From Eledone cirrhosa (Eukaryota), in NCBI GenBank assembly GCA_964016885.1, contig OZ024743.1, positions 188,170,001 through 188,234,000 on the forward strand: a DNA stretch of 64,000 nt, read 5' to 3'. Of this stretch, positions 37,415 to 50,329 are shown piece by piece. Every line of letters starts with the position of its first letter. The stretch's first letter is position 1. Under the pieces are notes generated by a model. That model did not search any database and was not told where the DNA came from. It saw nothing but the letters and a program-made list of their open reading frames with translations. A program made the position numbers and the translations under genes.

Positions 37415-37879
37415 TATATACACACCACACACACTTATTTTAATGCAAGATTGAAAATAACATCTATATCATTATTTCAAAAGTATTTCATATCAGATGC
37501 TTCAAAACCTGAGGGAGATAGAAACTGGAGTCATGTATATGAAATTGAGTTTTATATTACAAATTATGTGAAGTACAAAACAGAAATGTCATGGAATATT
37601 GAATGAGATTCAAGATTGTTATGGGACTTGGTATCTGACCTAATAAAATATTTATATTCTTCTGTCAGGAAGTGCCACTGATACTGGCATTATTCTGTAC
37701 CACTCACACCTATATGTCTAATTAAGAAGCCATTGTCAACATTCTCATAATTATTGTTATTATTGTTGTTTCAATCATCATCATTATCATCACCATCACT
37801 AACACCACCATTATTATTTGTCAGAATTGTAAAAACAATGGACACATGTTTTGCCATATTTGTTCTAGTTCGAAAACTG

Positions 37880-38005
37880 CAGACATCAACTAAACCTTTC
37901 ATCTTTCCGAGTTGGATAATATAAAGTACCAGTTTAGTATTGGGATTGATATAATCAACTTTCCACTTCCACCCAGAATTGTTGGCCTTGTGCCTAAATT
38001 AAAAA
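37880..38005 (-). mobile_element. Old TAA-tailed SINE fragment (strand uncertain)
   Basis: CCTTTCATC..AAAGTACCAG..GGCCTTGTGCCTAAAT motifs. Confidence 0.5.
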
Positions 38006-38269
38006 TCCTCATTATTTTATCATTAATATTATTACTATAAGAGGAATTATCAGAATCATTAGTGGTTAAATAAAGAGCTTTGCAGCTTACATCGCTGCTC
38101 TTTCTTTGATGATAATGATGATGATGATGATGGTGGTGGTAGTAGCAATAGCAACAGCAGTATTCATCATCATCAGCCTTCAATGTCCATGTTCCATGCT
38201 AGCAGTAGAATAAAATAAAATAAATTAAGAGAAAAAACTCTTATTGGTTTCTTAAAGAACTAAAAGTAG

Positions 38270-39260
38270 TGCTGGACATGATATGTAGAGAGGTGTAGCC
38301 AGTAAGGTTGGAGTTAACAATGAGTACAGTGATAAATATCATGCAGGTGGGTGTCCAATGGAACTAAATTTTCAGTCTCCATAAGAGAGAAAGTTAAAAC
38401 TGGCTGTCCATGGAATTCTTATATGCTGATGACTTAGTTCTTAGAGAAAAAGAATCCAAATATGGAATTGAAAGGCTTCAAAGAAAACTTGGCAAAGATT
38501 AAAATTCTAGTAAGTAGAAAGTGATTCTATCAAGTGGTTGTACTCAATATACAGAAAAAGAATAGATAAGAATCCAATACTGTTTACACATGAAAACTAT
38601 GGGTACACAAGGTTTGTAGTGGGATCTCATGTATTTTAACAAAAAAGTAGATTTTGTTAACACCTGTGCTATCAAATGGTCAGATGGCTACATAGAAGTA
38701 ATTGACATTTTCTATTAGCTGGGTGTCACTCATAACAATGACTATGGATGTTCTGAAAGTGCAGACATCTAAGTATGAGTCAGTTGGAAAAGGTTCATTG
38801 AGCAACAACCTTTGGTAACTACAAAGTATTCCCCTCACAGGATGAAAGGCAGATTGCATGATGTTTGTGTACAAAGTGTAATGTTGCATAAAAGTGAGAT
38901 ATGGGTCTTAATCACAGAGGATTTGCAAAGATTGGTGAGCATGCTACAATGGATGTGTAATAGTAGCGTGCATGAATGACAACACAATAATGAGCTAATA
39001 GAAAAAAGGGGCAGAAGGGGAGTTATACAAGAAAGAAGAGTGTACTGATGTGATGCATATGGAATATGACAGTTTCATAAAGAATTACAGGGCATTCAAA
39101 TTAGGTGGAACGTATGGAAGAGGAAGATCTGGGAAACAAGAGAGGACACGGAAACAACTGACTTCAAGAAGCTAAATCTCATAAAGAAAATAATAAAGAA
39201 ATATTGCATGCAATGCTAGAGAAAACTTGCCTTCCCATGCAAGCACAATGAAAATAATGT
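38270..39260 (+). pseudogene. Decayed RTE RT of the PHD-containing family
   Basis: GGCTGTCCATGGAATTCTTATATGCTGATGAC (GCPW..YADD), TGGGTACACAAG and ATGAAAGGCAGATTG, collinear with 25.7-26.8 kb. Confidence 0.8.
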
Positions 39261-40924
39261 TGAAAGGAAAGAAGTGTGTAGGGTGAAAGATATATTTATA
39301 TGTCTTCCTAACTTATGATACTCTGATACTCATCCAACCACCCATCCACTTCCATATTCACTGCATTATACTGCCTGCACCAATCTTATGATTCTACCTC
39401 ACGTCCCTAATTCACTTCCTTCTGAGCTGCCTGTCACCATTCCTTCTCCTCGAGGTCACTTCTAACAACATTCACTAGCCATCATTTCATTTTTTACTCT
39501 ATCTCTCTGTCTCTCTCACACACAGCAACAAATACATAGCTGCCATTGCTCCCTCACTAATTGGAGTCAGGTAGAGCATCCAGCCCAAAAAACAACAATA
39601 CATGCTAAATTGGAATGTATGCACACAAACGTTGTTCTCCAATTAATCTAGTTTCAGACTATGAACAAGCAAGGAAAATAATATGATGATGATGATAATT
39701 ACCATTACTATTGAAATGGATAACATAATTAGTAGAATGCTGGACAACTGTTGTGTAGTATTTATAGTTATGTCTCTTTATATTCTATGTTCAAATCCAC
39801 CTGGAGTTGACATTACCTTTCATCTTTGTGAGAGGTTGATAAAATAAATTCCCAGTTTAATACTAAGATTAATTAAAATTTATGACTTTATATCTAAGTT
39901 ACAAATCATTGTTATTATCATTAACATTAACACTGCATAAGCAAACAATCATGCTTCTGGCAAGCTGAAACCACTTTTATTTTCTAGTTGAAGCAAAATT
40001 ATTCCACTTATGCCTCCATTTCTCTTGGGAAAAGAAATGCTGAAACAGTACAATGTCTGAATATTTTCTTCTCCAAGTTTCTGTTAAAACTATTAACATC
40101 ATCAACATTCTAATAAGCACTAGCATTAGTGCAAACTTTTCTATCTGTGGTTTTCAAACGCTGTTTAAATACAACAAAATTATGTGAAGTTTATATCAAG
40201 ACTTTTACACGTTTTCAGATCATTTTTTAAATGTTTAATGTGTGTGTGGGTGTGTGTGAGTGAGAGAGAGAGAGAGAGTGTGTGTAATATGTATATATGT
40301 ATATTATATATGTGTTTATTGTTTTGGGGCAACTTATAATCTTTTGAAGTGCCTGCTAGATGCAGTTAATACACACAACAAAACATTTACTTTAATATTT
40401 ATTGCCCTGTGGGCCACAAATATTAGAGGTACAGTGTAGCTTTCTAATCTTTATATTCTTGTTATTATTGTATTTTCAAAATTACTTTGTTTTGTAATAT
40501 CTAATTATTCTGTAGTATTGAATGGGTTAGTAGATGTAATAATAGTTTACTGAACAACCAGCTGAGTTTGGTTGGCTATTCATATCATTTTAATAGCAGT
40601 CATTGCATTTCACTTTTATTAATCAATGGAATGAAAGAACGTTTATGGTGTTGCTCGAGTTGTTAACAATACTAGCCAAATCTCCCTCAAATCACAATCT
40701 ACCACCATCTTTGAAGGATACATTGGATAATTGACTCTTATAGGTGCACAATATTTTTAATAAAAGATGGGATGGCCAGATTTGGAGTGATTTAGATCCT
40801 AGATTGCTGGATCAAAGTTAATCTGAGCTAACGTGACCTTAACTAATTAAAAAGTTTTTGTTTTGTAAACTTAGTTATCGAAGAATAGAAGATTTAGAAG
40901 CAACAATGAACAGATATTTAGTTT

Positions 40925-41285
40925 GCAGGGGTGTGTTGAAATGTAAGAGGAATCAGGTGTAGTATGCAAGAAATGAGACTGTGGTGGAATAGATATGTGG
41001 TGCAAATGGAGAATAGCAGCTGTATATATAAATGCTGAGGGTTTGAAGTAGATAGAATTTGAGGAATGGGGCGGTGAAGGAAGATATGCGACGAATGTGT
41101 GAAGTATGGCTGCAAGAAGCTGAACCTCACAAAGATAATGGTGTAGGATCAGAAAGTGATCAAGGAAGACATTGGATGAGGTTGTGAAGAATGGCTACAA
41201 GAAGCTGAACCTAACAAAGATGGTGACATAGGATCATGTTGACTGGTGTCTTGCCAAGCTAGAGAAAACTCATCACAAGTACAAT
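40925..41285 (+). pseudogene. Decayed RTE 3' coding end with a local duplication
   Basis: RGIRC..RL.W..GR.RK.WDEVVK-like segments. Confidence 0.6.
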
Positions 41286-41540
41286 CAAGTAAAAGTAAAT
41301 AGCATGGTAAAGGTAATGATGGGAGGGGTTAGTATTTATCCAGAAACAGCTTTTCTATAATCTTGCTATGATACCCACTACACCACGATGTCACATTTAG
41401 TGGGGATAGAGAGTAACTGATGTCCATTTTCTAACTTCTGCCTTACCACTTACCACTGTTATAAATGTGAGTGATATGAAGGGCATCCAACTGTAGAAAA
41501 TTTGCGCAACAAAGGGCTTACAGGACATGCATCTCTGCAT

Positions 41541-41946
41541 ATATGTTGGGAGGTGCCTATCTAATTTTTTAGCATTGGACATTCCATCATTTAAGATTGA
41601 AATAGATGAAGTTTATAAGCTAACTGAATATAGTTTGGTTAAGTGCTATATAAATTTAACTTCCATACACCTTCAACAAAACTCCTACGACCAAAACAGT
41701 ATGAAGGAAAAATCAACATGAAGCTGACTGCTTTCTTAAACCAAGACTTTGTGCATCATGAATATGTAACTATAAAGGAGTATTATCAGGAAGTATTCCA
41801 GATGTGATTAAAAAAGTAGAAGGATCACTGGGCTAAGTATATGGAAGCATATGGGACCTACTTCAAAGGGATTAGCAATTGAACCTCACTAAATATGTAA
41901 TTTTTTTCCCCGTCAAGGTCAGATACTTTTTCGATAGACTTCATAT
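41541..41946 (+). mobile_element. Mariner-derived relic
   Basis: Homologous to 43750-44215 in inverted orientation (GATTGAAATAGAT..TTTAAC; GGGATTAGCAATT). Confidence 0.55.
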
Positions 41947-43101
41947 ATCACTTTGTATTCCATGCTAGCATACAAAACCAAGTTGGAGTTAGATTGTATT
42001 TAGAATCTATTTTAATTGTTTTAGTATAATGTTAATTTAGACTCTAATCAATTATTGACAAATGTCAATTAATTAAATAAATACTTTGAGTAGCTGTGGG
42101 ATTAGGTTTTATTTAATTGAATTGTTTTAGAACATTAACTTAGATACTAATCAAATATCGACATATGCAAATTAAATAAATATTAAAACAATGCAGCATG
42201 AACATAATCTAATAGCAACAAGGAATATTATCTCCCTTACACTTGAATTATTATTAGCCTTTAACAAGCATCTCCATCTTCTCTAAGTATCCCTCCTTTC
42301 CCCTGACTCTGCCCTAATGTATTCAGCTATGACACTAGTCAAATCAACTCCCCAAAACAAAATAACTTTAATAGCAACTATAAATATAACCACACTTCAT
42401 ATAAAATCCAATTATTTTCAAGGAGAAATGTATATTATATTTCTTTTAAAATCACTTTAATAAAACACTTAAAAAAGGGAAAATTTTAACTGCTCAACTT
42501 TCCACATATTGAGTCCTTTAATATATGAGTCCTTTAATATATGAGTAAATTTTTAAATCCCAATATTGAAGTAACTTATGCCCATTCTCCTTCCTGAAAT
42601 GTGTCGGTTAAGTTGTCACACTCTGAGACAAGACGTATCTCTATATTTTGGCATTATTTTCTACAGCTGAATGCACTAACATTAAACATTTCACAGAGTA
42701 TACTGACTGCATTTTATCGTTTCATTAGCACTACCACTTTACACCATGTACTGGGTGCATTTTAAAGAATTAGATGTGACTTCATTGTGGAAAAAAGAGG
42801 CAGTCACAAGAAATAGTGAGTGAGATTATGACAGAAGAGGTCCTGTCATGTTAGTAATGATAGTTCCATATTTGGTAACAAGATACAGATAATCTGGAGA
42901 AGAGGAATGGAGAGCAGGATTTGAAATAAATACTGCAAAACTTTTTGTCTGACACTCTACCAATACTGCCAATCCATTGCCCTACTAATGAATAAATAAT
43001 AAATGTCAGAAATATAATTCTAACTCATAAAAGTACACATGGATCTTGATGCTATCCTTCTTATTTTCTTTTTCCTGTTTTACACGTCTGTTTGATACTA
43101 G

Positions 43102-43220
43102 CATGTAAATCTAAAATTGTAAATATCCCCAAAGACCAAAGAGACATAAAACAGAAACCAAGCCATTGGATGTTTGATAGTAATGATCACATTGATATTG
43201 TGATAAACAGTTGGCTGTGA
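43102..43220 (+). CDS. Candidate phase-1 C-terminal exon: (A)CKSKIVNIPKDQRDIKQKPSHWMFDSNDHIDIVINSWL*
   Basis: Pyrimidine tract plus TAG acceptor. Only the phase-1 frame is open. Ends in S-W-L (class I PDZ-like); a GTGAGT donor overlaps the stop. Confidence 0.4.
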
Positions 43221-43269
43221 GTCAGCATGTGATAGTTTCCATTCCTCAACATTATAATAATGCTTTCTA

Positions 43270-43462
43270 ACAGAGACACAAGGCCAGAAATTTTGATGGA
43301 GAAGAAAATCAATTATATCAACCCCAGTACTTATTTCTATTTACACTAAAAGCGTGAAAAGCAAAGTTGACATTAGCAGGATTAAACTTAGAATGTAAAG
43401 GGCTACAAATATACATTGCAATATACCTTGTCTGATGCTCTACCAATACTGCTAATCCATTC
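43270..43462 (-). mobile_element. Old TAA-tailed SINE
   Basis: ACAAGGCCAG..CCCCAGTAC..AAAGTTGAC..TACTGCTAATCC. Confidence 0.7.
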
Positions 43463-43749
43463 TTTTCCTCAGTATTATAATAAGTGTGTTATATGTACCA
43501 ATTTTTAAAATGTATGACTGCAATGAAAATCTTAATTTTAGTTAAAATCTTTTCAAAATGTCTTTGTGTATATTTGTTTTGTTAATTTAATCTGTGATTG
43601 TATTCCTGTTAATATTTCTATATGTAATAATTTCAGTTTCTAGTTTTGAAGTACAGCATTTTATCATTATATATTTATATTATAATTATGTTATAATGGT
43701 GTGTAAGAAATAATTGTTCAGAGTTAAACATTTTTAAAGTGAAATACAA

Positions 43750-44215
43750 GTGTTGAAAATGATCTGCCCTTAGGCTTAATTGCTAATCCCCTCTGAGGTA
43801 TGTCCTTGTGCTGCCAAACTCAATCCTTCTACTGTTCAAAGCACATCAGGAATGCTTCTTCTAGAATGGCTTACAGTTTTACAGTTGCAGTCTCCACAAT
43901 GCTCTCCCAGCTCTAAAACAATCCACATAAAGCCATGTCTTGAGAATAGGGTGCCTCACAATTCCTGATAATATTTATTTGCAACTGTTTATCCTTTTAG
44001 TGCATATTCATTATGCAAAACAACTTAGTAGGAGTCAGTCAGTATCATGTTCATTTTACCCAACACCTGATATACTTTTTGGGCCTTAGTAGTTTTGTAA
44101 AATATATATGAAGGCAAATTTAAATAGCTCTTAACTAAATTATGTTCAAATAACTTATGAAATATATCTATTTCAATCGAAATGATTGAAAAGTCAAAGG
44201 TCTTCGATAACAAAA
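43750..44215 (-). mobile_element. Mariner-derived relic
   Basis: Minus strand PYSQDMALC resembles the mariner PYSPDLAPCD motif. Homologous to 41541-41946. Confidence 0.55.
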
Positions 44216-44309
44216 TATATATGGACATACATATATATATGGACATACATATGTATAATCACCCTCGCAGACATATACACATATTGTATTGTCAAAAATG
44301 TTATTAAGG

Positions 44310-44730
44310 ATATGAAGGCAGAGAAAGTTGCCTGACTATCAAGGATGGTCACTGAGATGCTGAAAATATCTGGCAAAGCAAGTATGTATTTACCCTTTGC
44401 ATAATTAACTAGGTAATAGAGGAAAATGTACCCAATGACTGGCATAGCAGTAACATCACCAACTGTTACAAGGGCAATGAAAATACTCTAGATCAGAGGT
44501 ATGAATCTGGTGGACAAAGTAAAAGGAAGAGATTTTGCACAACTAATTAGGAAGAAAGTTAACTTAGATGAGATGTGGTCCAAATTGGTGCCAGGATGGG
44601 TACTACTGATGTTATCATCTTGGTGAAAGAATTACAAATGATGTTCTAAACTAAATGTAACTCTTTATATTTGGTAATCCTTCACCCGGAGAATGTTTTT
44701 CACAAAGAACCATGTTCTGGAGTCTTGTGG
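44310..44730 (+). pseudogene. Decayed RTE RT N-terminal fragment
   Basis: IKDMK..EMLK..NCYKG..QLIR..LDEM, collinear with 25.2-25.7 kb. Confidence 0.7.
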
Positions 44731-44794
44731 TCATTAAGAAAATTCTTTTTACTTGTACTTATATTGGTATTCACTCAGGATGTGTTCAGGCAAT

Positions 44795-44992
44795 ACTATT
44801 GTATTGTATTTTCGGCCGAGTTTACACTCGCAAAGATTCAGCATGCTTTCTCCAATCGTACCGATCGAGCATGACATTTCTCAGTTCGTTAATGTTATCA
44901 ATGTTGGCATCTCTTAGCAAGGTATCAATGAATGAGATGGCCTGTCTTCCCATGCTTCTTCGTCCGACTGCTGGTTTCCAGAGCACAAGTTA
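44795..44992 (-). mobile_element. RTE/RTEX-type LINE 3' end with (TACAA)n tail
   Basis: Minus strand LVLWKPAVGRRSMGRQAISFIDTLLRD..ELRNVMLDRYDWR. Confidence 0.7.
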
Positions 44993-45129
44993 ACAATACT
45001 AACCAGGAAATCTATGGCATGGTAAACAGAAACTAATTACACTTAGGGAGGATTTGTGTGATATGGTGATCTTCAACTAGCTGCAATTCCAATGGCAGAC
45101 ACTATATCTATGCAAGACCAGATATTAAT

Positions 45130-45760
45130 TTAAGATCTGACTTAACTTTATTTCATGGACGATGGTGTGCATGACAAAACCAATGATGATACCTCTTGAA
45201 CAGAAATTAAAGGTAACCAATCCAACAACAACAACAAATTTTGGACACAAAATCCAATACAGAGGAATTGGTATAGAAAAAAGTGATTAAATATTTCCAG
45301 CTTGTGTAAGTATTTTATTTGCAAAGTCATACAGCAGAATGGTGCAGATGAAGGCTTAGAAGTTACATTCTTGTGTGTAATTAGATAGATCTCTGAAATA
45401 GACAGAATCAATGCTGAAGACAGTAGAATGCAGCAAACACACATTGTCATCTTTACATTGGCATATAACAGTTAACGTAGTATTAACATACTTGAATTGA
45501 TCAACCACTTCTAGAGTCACCCCTTTCAGTATGCTGGGGATCAATTCAGAGGGTGAAATACCAGCAGATACTATGTTTGTCTTGGCTGCATTGATTTTCA
45601 TTCCAGCACACTACACATAATTATCAAGTTGTTACTGGTTGGATATCCACATACCTGTCACCATTTATGAGGTCATCAGTATAGATGAGATCCGTGATAG
45701 ATAAAGTTTCCTTATGCAGTAACACCTGAGAAAATTCTGCAGAGTATTTGTCATGATCCG
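45130..45760 (-). pseudogene. Decayed LINE RT fragment
   Basis: MKINAAKT..LEVVDQFKYV. Confidence 0.55.
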
Positions 45761-45774
45761 GTTAATGAAAGACA

Positions 45775-47170
45775 CAGTACGGCCTAGAATCAAAAGGCCT
45801 TAAAATTAACCTGGCTAAGACTAAAGTTCTAGTTTGTAGGAAAGAAAATAAGGTGGCAGTCCCATCTGGGAAATGGCCATGCTCAGTGTGTAGGAAAGGC
45901 GTAGGTAGAAACTCCATTTTATGTCCCAAATGCAAAGTATGGGTGCATAAAAGATGTAGTGGGATCACAGGTAAGCTAACTAAGAACATAGATTTTACAT
46001 GTGGCCAGTGCTCTGGTGCAATAAGTAGCAGCAAGTGCCCACAAAATACTAGCTCCTTCAACTGCGCAGAGGGTTCTATAGAAATAGTGGACAGCTTCCG
46101 TTACCTGGGTGACAAAATCAGCAGTGGGGGAGGGTGCTCTGAAAGTACAGTAGCTAGAGTCAGAACTGGATGGAAAAAGTTCAGAGAGCTTATACCACTA
46201 TTAGCCGCTAGAGGGTTCTCCCTAAAAATGAAAGGCAGGTTATACGATGCCTGCATACAAACAGCAATGCTGCATGGCAGTGAGACCTGGGCATTGTGTG
46301 CAGAGGATATACGCAGACTAGAGAGGAACGAAGCTTGCATGCTCCGCTGGATGTGCAATAGTAATATACGTGAACGGCAAAGCATAAACGAACTAAGGAA
46401 AAAATTAGAAATAAGAGGGATCAGGTGTTGTTTACTCGAGAGAAGGCTACGTTGGTACGGTCACGTGATGTGCATGAAAGACGACAGCTGTATAACAAAG
46501 TGCAGGGCAATAAAGATAGACGGTAGCCATGGAGTAGGCAGACCCAGAAAAACATGGGACGAGCTGATAAATTCCAACCTCACACGCTTACACCTCTCCA
46601 AGACAATGTCACTGGACCGAGACCTTTGGCGGTACTCAGTAATAGAGAAGACCCGCCTTACCTAAATACAAAGTAAAAACCTACTACAGTCAGTAGGCAT
46701 CTCTATCACCCCCCCCCCGTCCCACCACCTCCACCCCATCCACACCGCCCCTTTCAATGTAAAGTTATGTTGGTCCCACAACATCCAGGCCGAAACAAAT
46801 GAGATCGTGTAGGTGTCACGATAAAAAAACACAGTCCACGCTCTAAATGTGGCCGTGTAGGCAACACGGTAAAAACCTCCCAGCCCCACACTGTAAATGT
46901 GGTTGGTGTTAGGAAGGGCATCCAGCTGTAGAAAACCCGCCAGACAGTCCACGCTGTAATGTGGCCATGTAGGCAACACGGTAAAAACCTCCCAGCCCCA
47001 CACTGTAAATGTGGTTGGTGTTAGGAAGGGCATCCAACTGTAGAAAACCCTCCAGACAGTCCTATGCGAGCAAGACAACCACTCTTGCCTCAAGTGGGAA
47101 AACCCCCGTCCAAACCCATGCAAGCGTGGAACACGGACGCTAAACCTGATGATGATGATGATGATGATGA
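45775..47170 (+). mobile_element. RTE LINE 3' part with PHD finger; 3'UTR has a ~112-bp tandem duplication
   Basis: GLKINLAKTKVL, C4HC3 finger, FRYLGD, RLRWYGHV and GRPRKTW. ACAGTCC recurs at 46831, 46944 and 47056; (GAT)n tail. Confidence 0.93.
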
Positions 47171-49263
47171 CAGTTGAAGACTGTTGAAGATAAAATACAG
47201 TCCTACTAGATGTTTGAGCAAATTTCAAAGAAATTAAGTTCTTTACCACAACAGCAAACTTTTGATTGTGTAGAGTTATAATTATGTTAGTATTTATAGA
47301 AGGTTGATCAATATTTCTTATTGGCATGAGATAGAACAAAAAGTTGCTCCTATTGTTGCTGTTGTTATTGTTTAGATCCAGGTCAGTTTCTGATCAAGCA
47401 GACTTACAACTAATAGGTGTTTGAGCCATAGCTATCTAATCTTTTCATACATAGTATATCTCAGACTACATTTATCTTCTCCTTTTTGAGATTGCACAGT
47501 GGGATTTGAGATAGATTTGGCAACCGTTACTAACAGGTCAAATGAACAAATAGAGGTACTCCAATTTGCTCATGACAAGTGAGTAGAGAAAGAAAAAAAA
47601 AGGGGGTGGGGTAGATAAGAAAAAATATTGAAAGTTAGCAGGAGAAAAGGATTTAATGAATGTATAAGTATATTTGAAAGAGAGAAAGAACAATTATATG
47701 CAAATAATAGGGAGAAACAGAGTAGAAAGGGTCAAGGAGATTCCAAATTAATAAAACAGTAGTATAAAATAACAAAATATAATTTTTTTCCCTTTTTGTT
47801 CTGCGACTTGGTACTTTCACAAAAATAGAGATCAATCAAATAAGTACAATACTGAAATAACTACTGGGGTTGATATGATCAATTCCTTGAAGGCAGTATC
47901 CAACATAGCGACAAATCCAGTGAATAAAGCCAGTAAAGGAATATGTGAGATTTAAAGAGATTGTAGGAGAATGAGAAAAATGCAGAGATTAAGAAAAAGA
48001 GTATAAGTGTGCATGTGAGAGAGAATGAGTGAGAGAGAAAGGGTGTGTGAATAAGAGAGAGACTGTGTGTGAGATTGAGAGAGAGCGGAGGGGGAGAGAG
48101 AGAAAGGGGTCTAAGAAAAAGTGGTAAATTATAAGGCAATAAACAAGAAAGATATACAGAAAGAGAGAATGTAATTCCTAATCAATGAAAGAGAAGTATA
48201 ATATAAGAGAAAAACTAATAAGAAAGAGAAAGAATGCAAGACAGAGAAAGAGGAGGTCTAAAGATGTTGTATGTGTGTGAGATTAAGAGTGACATAAAAG
48301 AGCTGATTGTTGATGTTGGGCAGAATTGTTATTGATGTTGTTTCCCCATCAGGTCAATCCTGATCCAGAACACATATAATCAAATGCATTCCAGTCCTGG
48401 CCATCTAATCTTTCCTTTGTTTTAAGACATAGACTATCTACGACTACCTTATATGATGTGCTCTTCCTTTTGTAAGATGGTAGGGAGATATGGCTGACAT
48501 ATTTACTTAGTATGTTGTACAAATACAAAGACAGACACACCCAGTACACTCTGTAAAGTAGTTGGTGATAGGAAGGGCTTCAAACCATAGAACACCTGCC
48601 AAAAACGGGTTGGGAAGACTCTTTAGTTGGGTAAGAAAGTGACAACTATCCTAGTGCTGGTGTCATGATAAGATACACTCGATAAGACACAAGTTAGCAG
48701 CCAACCTAAGAACTCATTAATGTGCAGAATTGTAAGTACAATGAAGGCTCCTGGTCCAATGTCAGTCAGTACCTTTATTTTGAGTACTAATCCAGACAGC
48801 TGACAATCTGTCCAACCATTGCTAGCAGGGAAAGTGGTGATGATGACGATAGAAGTTCTCTTGGAGAAATATCCATAAGGGAATATATAATACTAAAAAA
48901 GAAAAAGTAGGAATTTGTAAAATGCATGTGAGTGGTAGTTATGTGATAGAGAGATAGATAAATAGATGAATGAAGAGGTAGGAAGTGAGAGTAAGAGCTA
49001 AATAGAAGATGAGTATAGAGAATGAGAGAGTAAGAGATAAAGTGAAGGTAAAGATAGAGCCAGAGAGTAAGAGATAAAGAGGGATACAGTGGGAATGGAA
49101 AAAAAATCATTGGGAATGAAGCTATTTTTTTTATTGTTTGGCTGGACTTAAACTGCTTTTTCCCTTTGAATCTCTTTTGCAAGATCATTCTATTATATTT
49201 CATTCCTGTATTTTGGTTTCATTTCTTTCTTTCTTTCCTCTTTTCCTCTTTTTACATTTATAG

Positions 49264-49277
49264 AATCGACAATTTAA
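49264..49277 (+). CDS. Candidate phase-1 micro C-terminal exon: (E)STI*
   Basis: A ~55-nt pyrimidine tract plus TAG, then AA TCG ACA ATT TAA. With an upstream G this reads E-S-T-I, a canonical class I PDZ-type end. Confidence 0.45.
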
Positions 49278-49423
49278 AGTTTTTGCTAAGGTTGAAAAAA
49301 CAAAATTTTCATTGATTTCAAATGGCAGCTATAGCTATATGAAAATGATGTAATTATTTGCAACTTCTTTCTAAAAATTGATCGCTTATAAAGACCAGCC
49401 ATGAAAGAAATAACAACAGCAAT

Positions 49424-49486
<63 letters not shown>

Positions 49487-49520
49487 CATTATTATTATTA
49501 TTATTACCATTATCATTATT

Positions 49521-49571
49521 ATCAAAATGGCCACCTCAATACAATAATAATATTGAGGTGGCCATTTTGAT
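49521..49571. repeat. Perfect 21-bp inverted repeat with a 9-nt loop
   Basis: ATCAAAATGGCCACCTCAATA / TATTGAGGTGGCCATTTTGAT. Confidence 0.95.
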
Positions 49572-49821
49572 TTTGATTTTGATTTTTTTTAAAAAACTGG
49601 ATAGGAAATGATTCATACAAGATGGATTCTTGCCAAGCAATAACAAAGAAAGAAAAACAATAAAATATACAAAATTAAAGAACAAAAACAATAAAATATG
49701 TAAAAATAAATGAAGTGTATGGTGAGTGGGTTTATGCCTAACTGGTAACATAGATTTTTAAAACATTCTTCGGTGCTGCATTGGCACAGTAAATTACTCA
49801 ATACTTGAGATAGTTTTTCAG

Positions 49822-49841
49822 ATGCTCCAGTGGTAATTTGA
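49822..49841 (+). CDS. Candidate 20-nt phase-1 exon: (D)APVVI*
   Basis: TTTTTCAG acceptor, TGA immediately followed by a GTAAGG donor, and TGCATG ~80 nt downstream. Confidence 0.4.
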
Positions 49842-50222
49842 GTAAGGATATAAGGAGGCAGGGCGGTGAAGCTATAGAATTGATTCTTGTCCAGTCTTTC
49901 AGCAATTGCCGTTACCAGTTGCATGTTATCAATGCAGCAAAAATTTCTCTTTAGAGCATCACTTCTTTCTTTCTTTCTTTCTAACTTTCGTTTTTACTAA
50001 TTTTCCATTTTCCTTTCCTCTATCTCTTTGTCTATCTGTCTATTTATCTATCTATAGTTTTTCTATTACTATTCTTGATTTTAACGTTTTTTATAGCCTT
50101 AATTTTAACGTTTTTTTATATACTTGCATCCATTTCCCCTTTTTTACTTTTTTCTTTACTTTTCTATTTTCATCTTTTTTTCTTGGTTTTTGTTTCTCTT
50201 GTTTTGCTTTACTGTTTTCTAG

Positions 50223-50329
50223 GTTTAACTCTTAATGTCCTGTATCACATGAATCCACACAAGCAAGACATTCGTGAAAAGTACAAAAGTGTAAAAGAGT
50301 ACGATGATTGGATCTTCTTACAAATCTGA
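50223..50329 (+). CDS. Candidate phase-1 C-terminal exon: (G)LTLNVLYHMNPHKQDIREKYKSVKEYDDWIFLQI*
   Basis: A >200-nt pyrimidine tract ending TTTTCTAG, an abrupt switch to complex open sequence, and a TG|GTAACG donor at 50337. Confidence 0.45.

Noticed and set aside
49613-49924. 103-aa minus-strand ORF
   Set aside because: No recognisable motif or minus-strand splice signals; the pyrimidine tracts and donors here favour the + strand.
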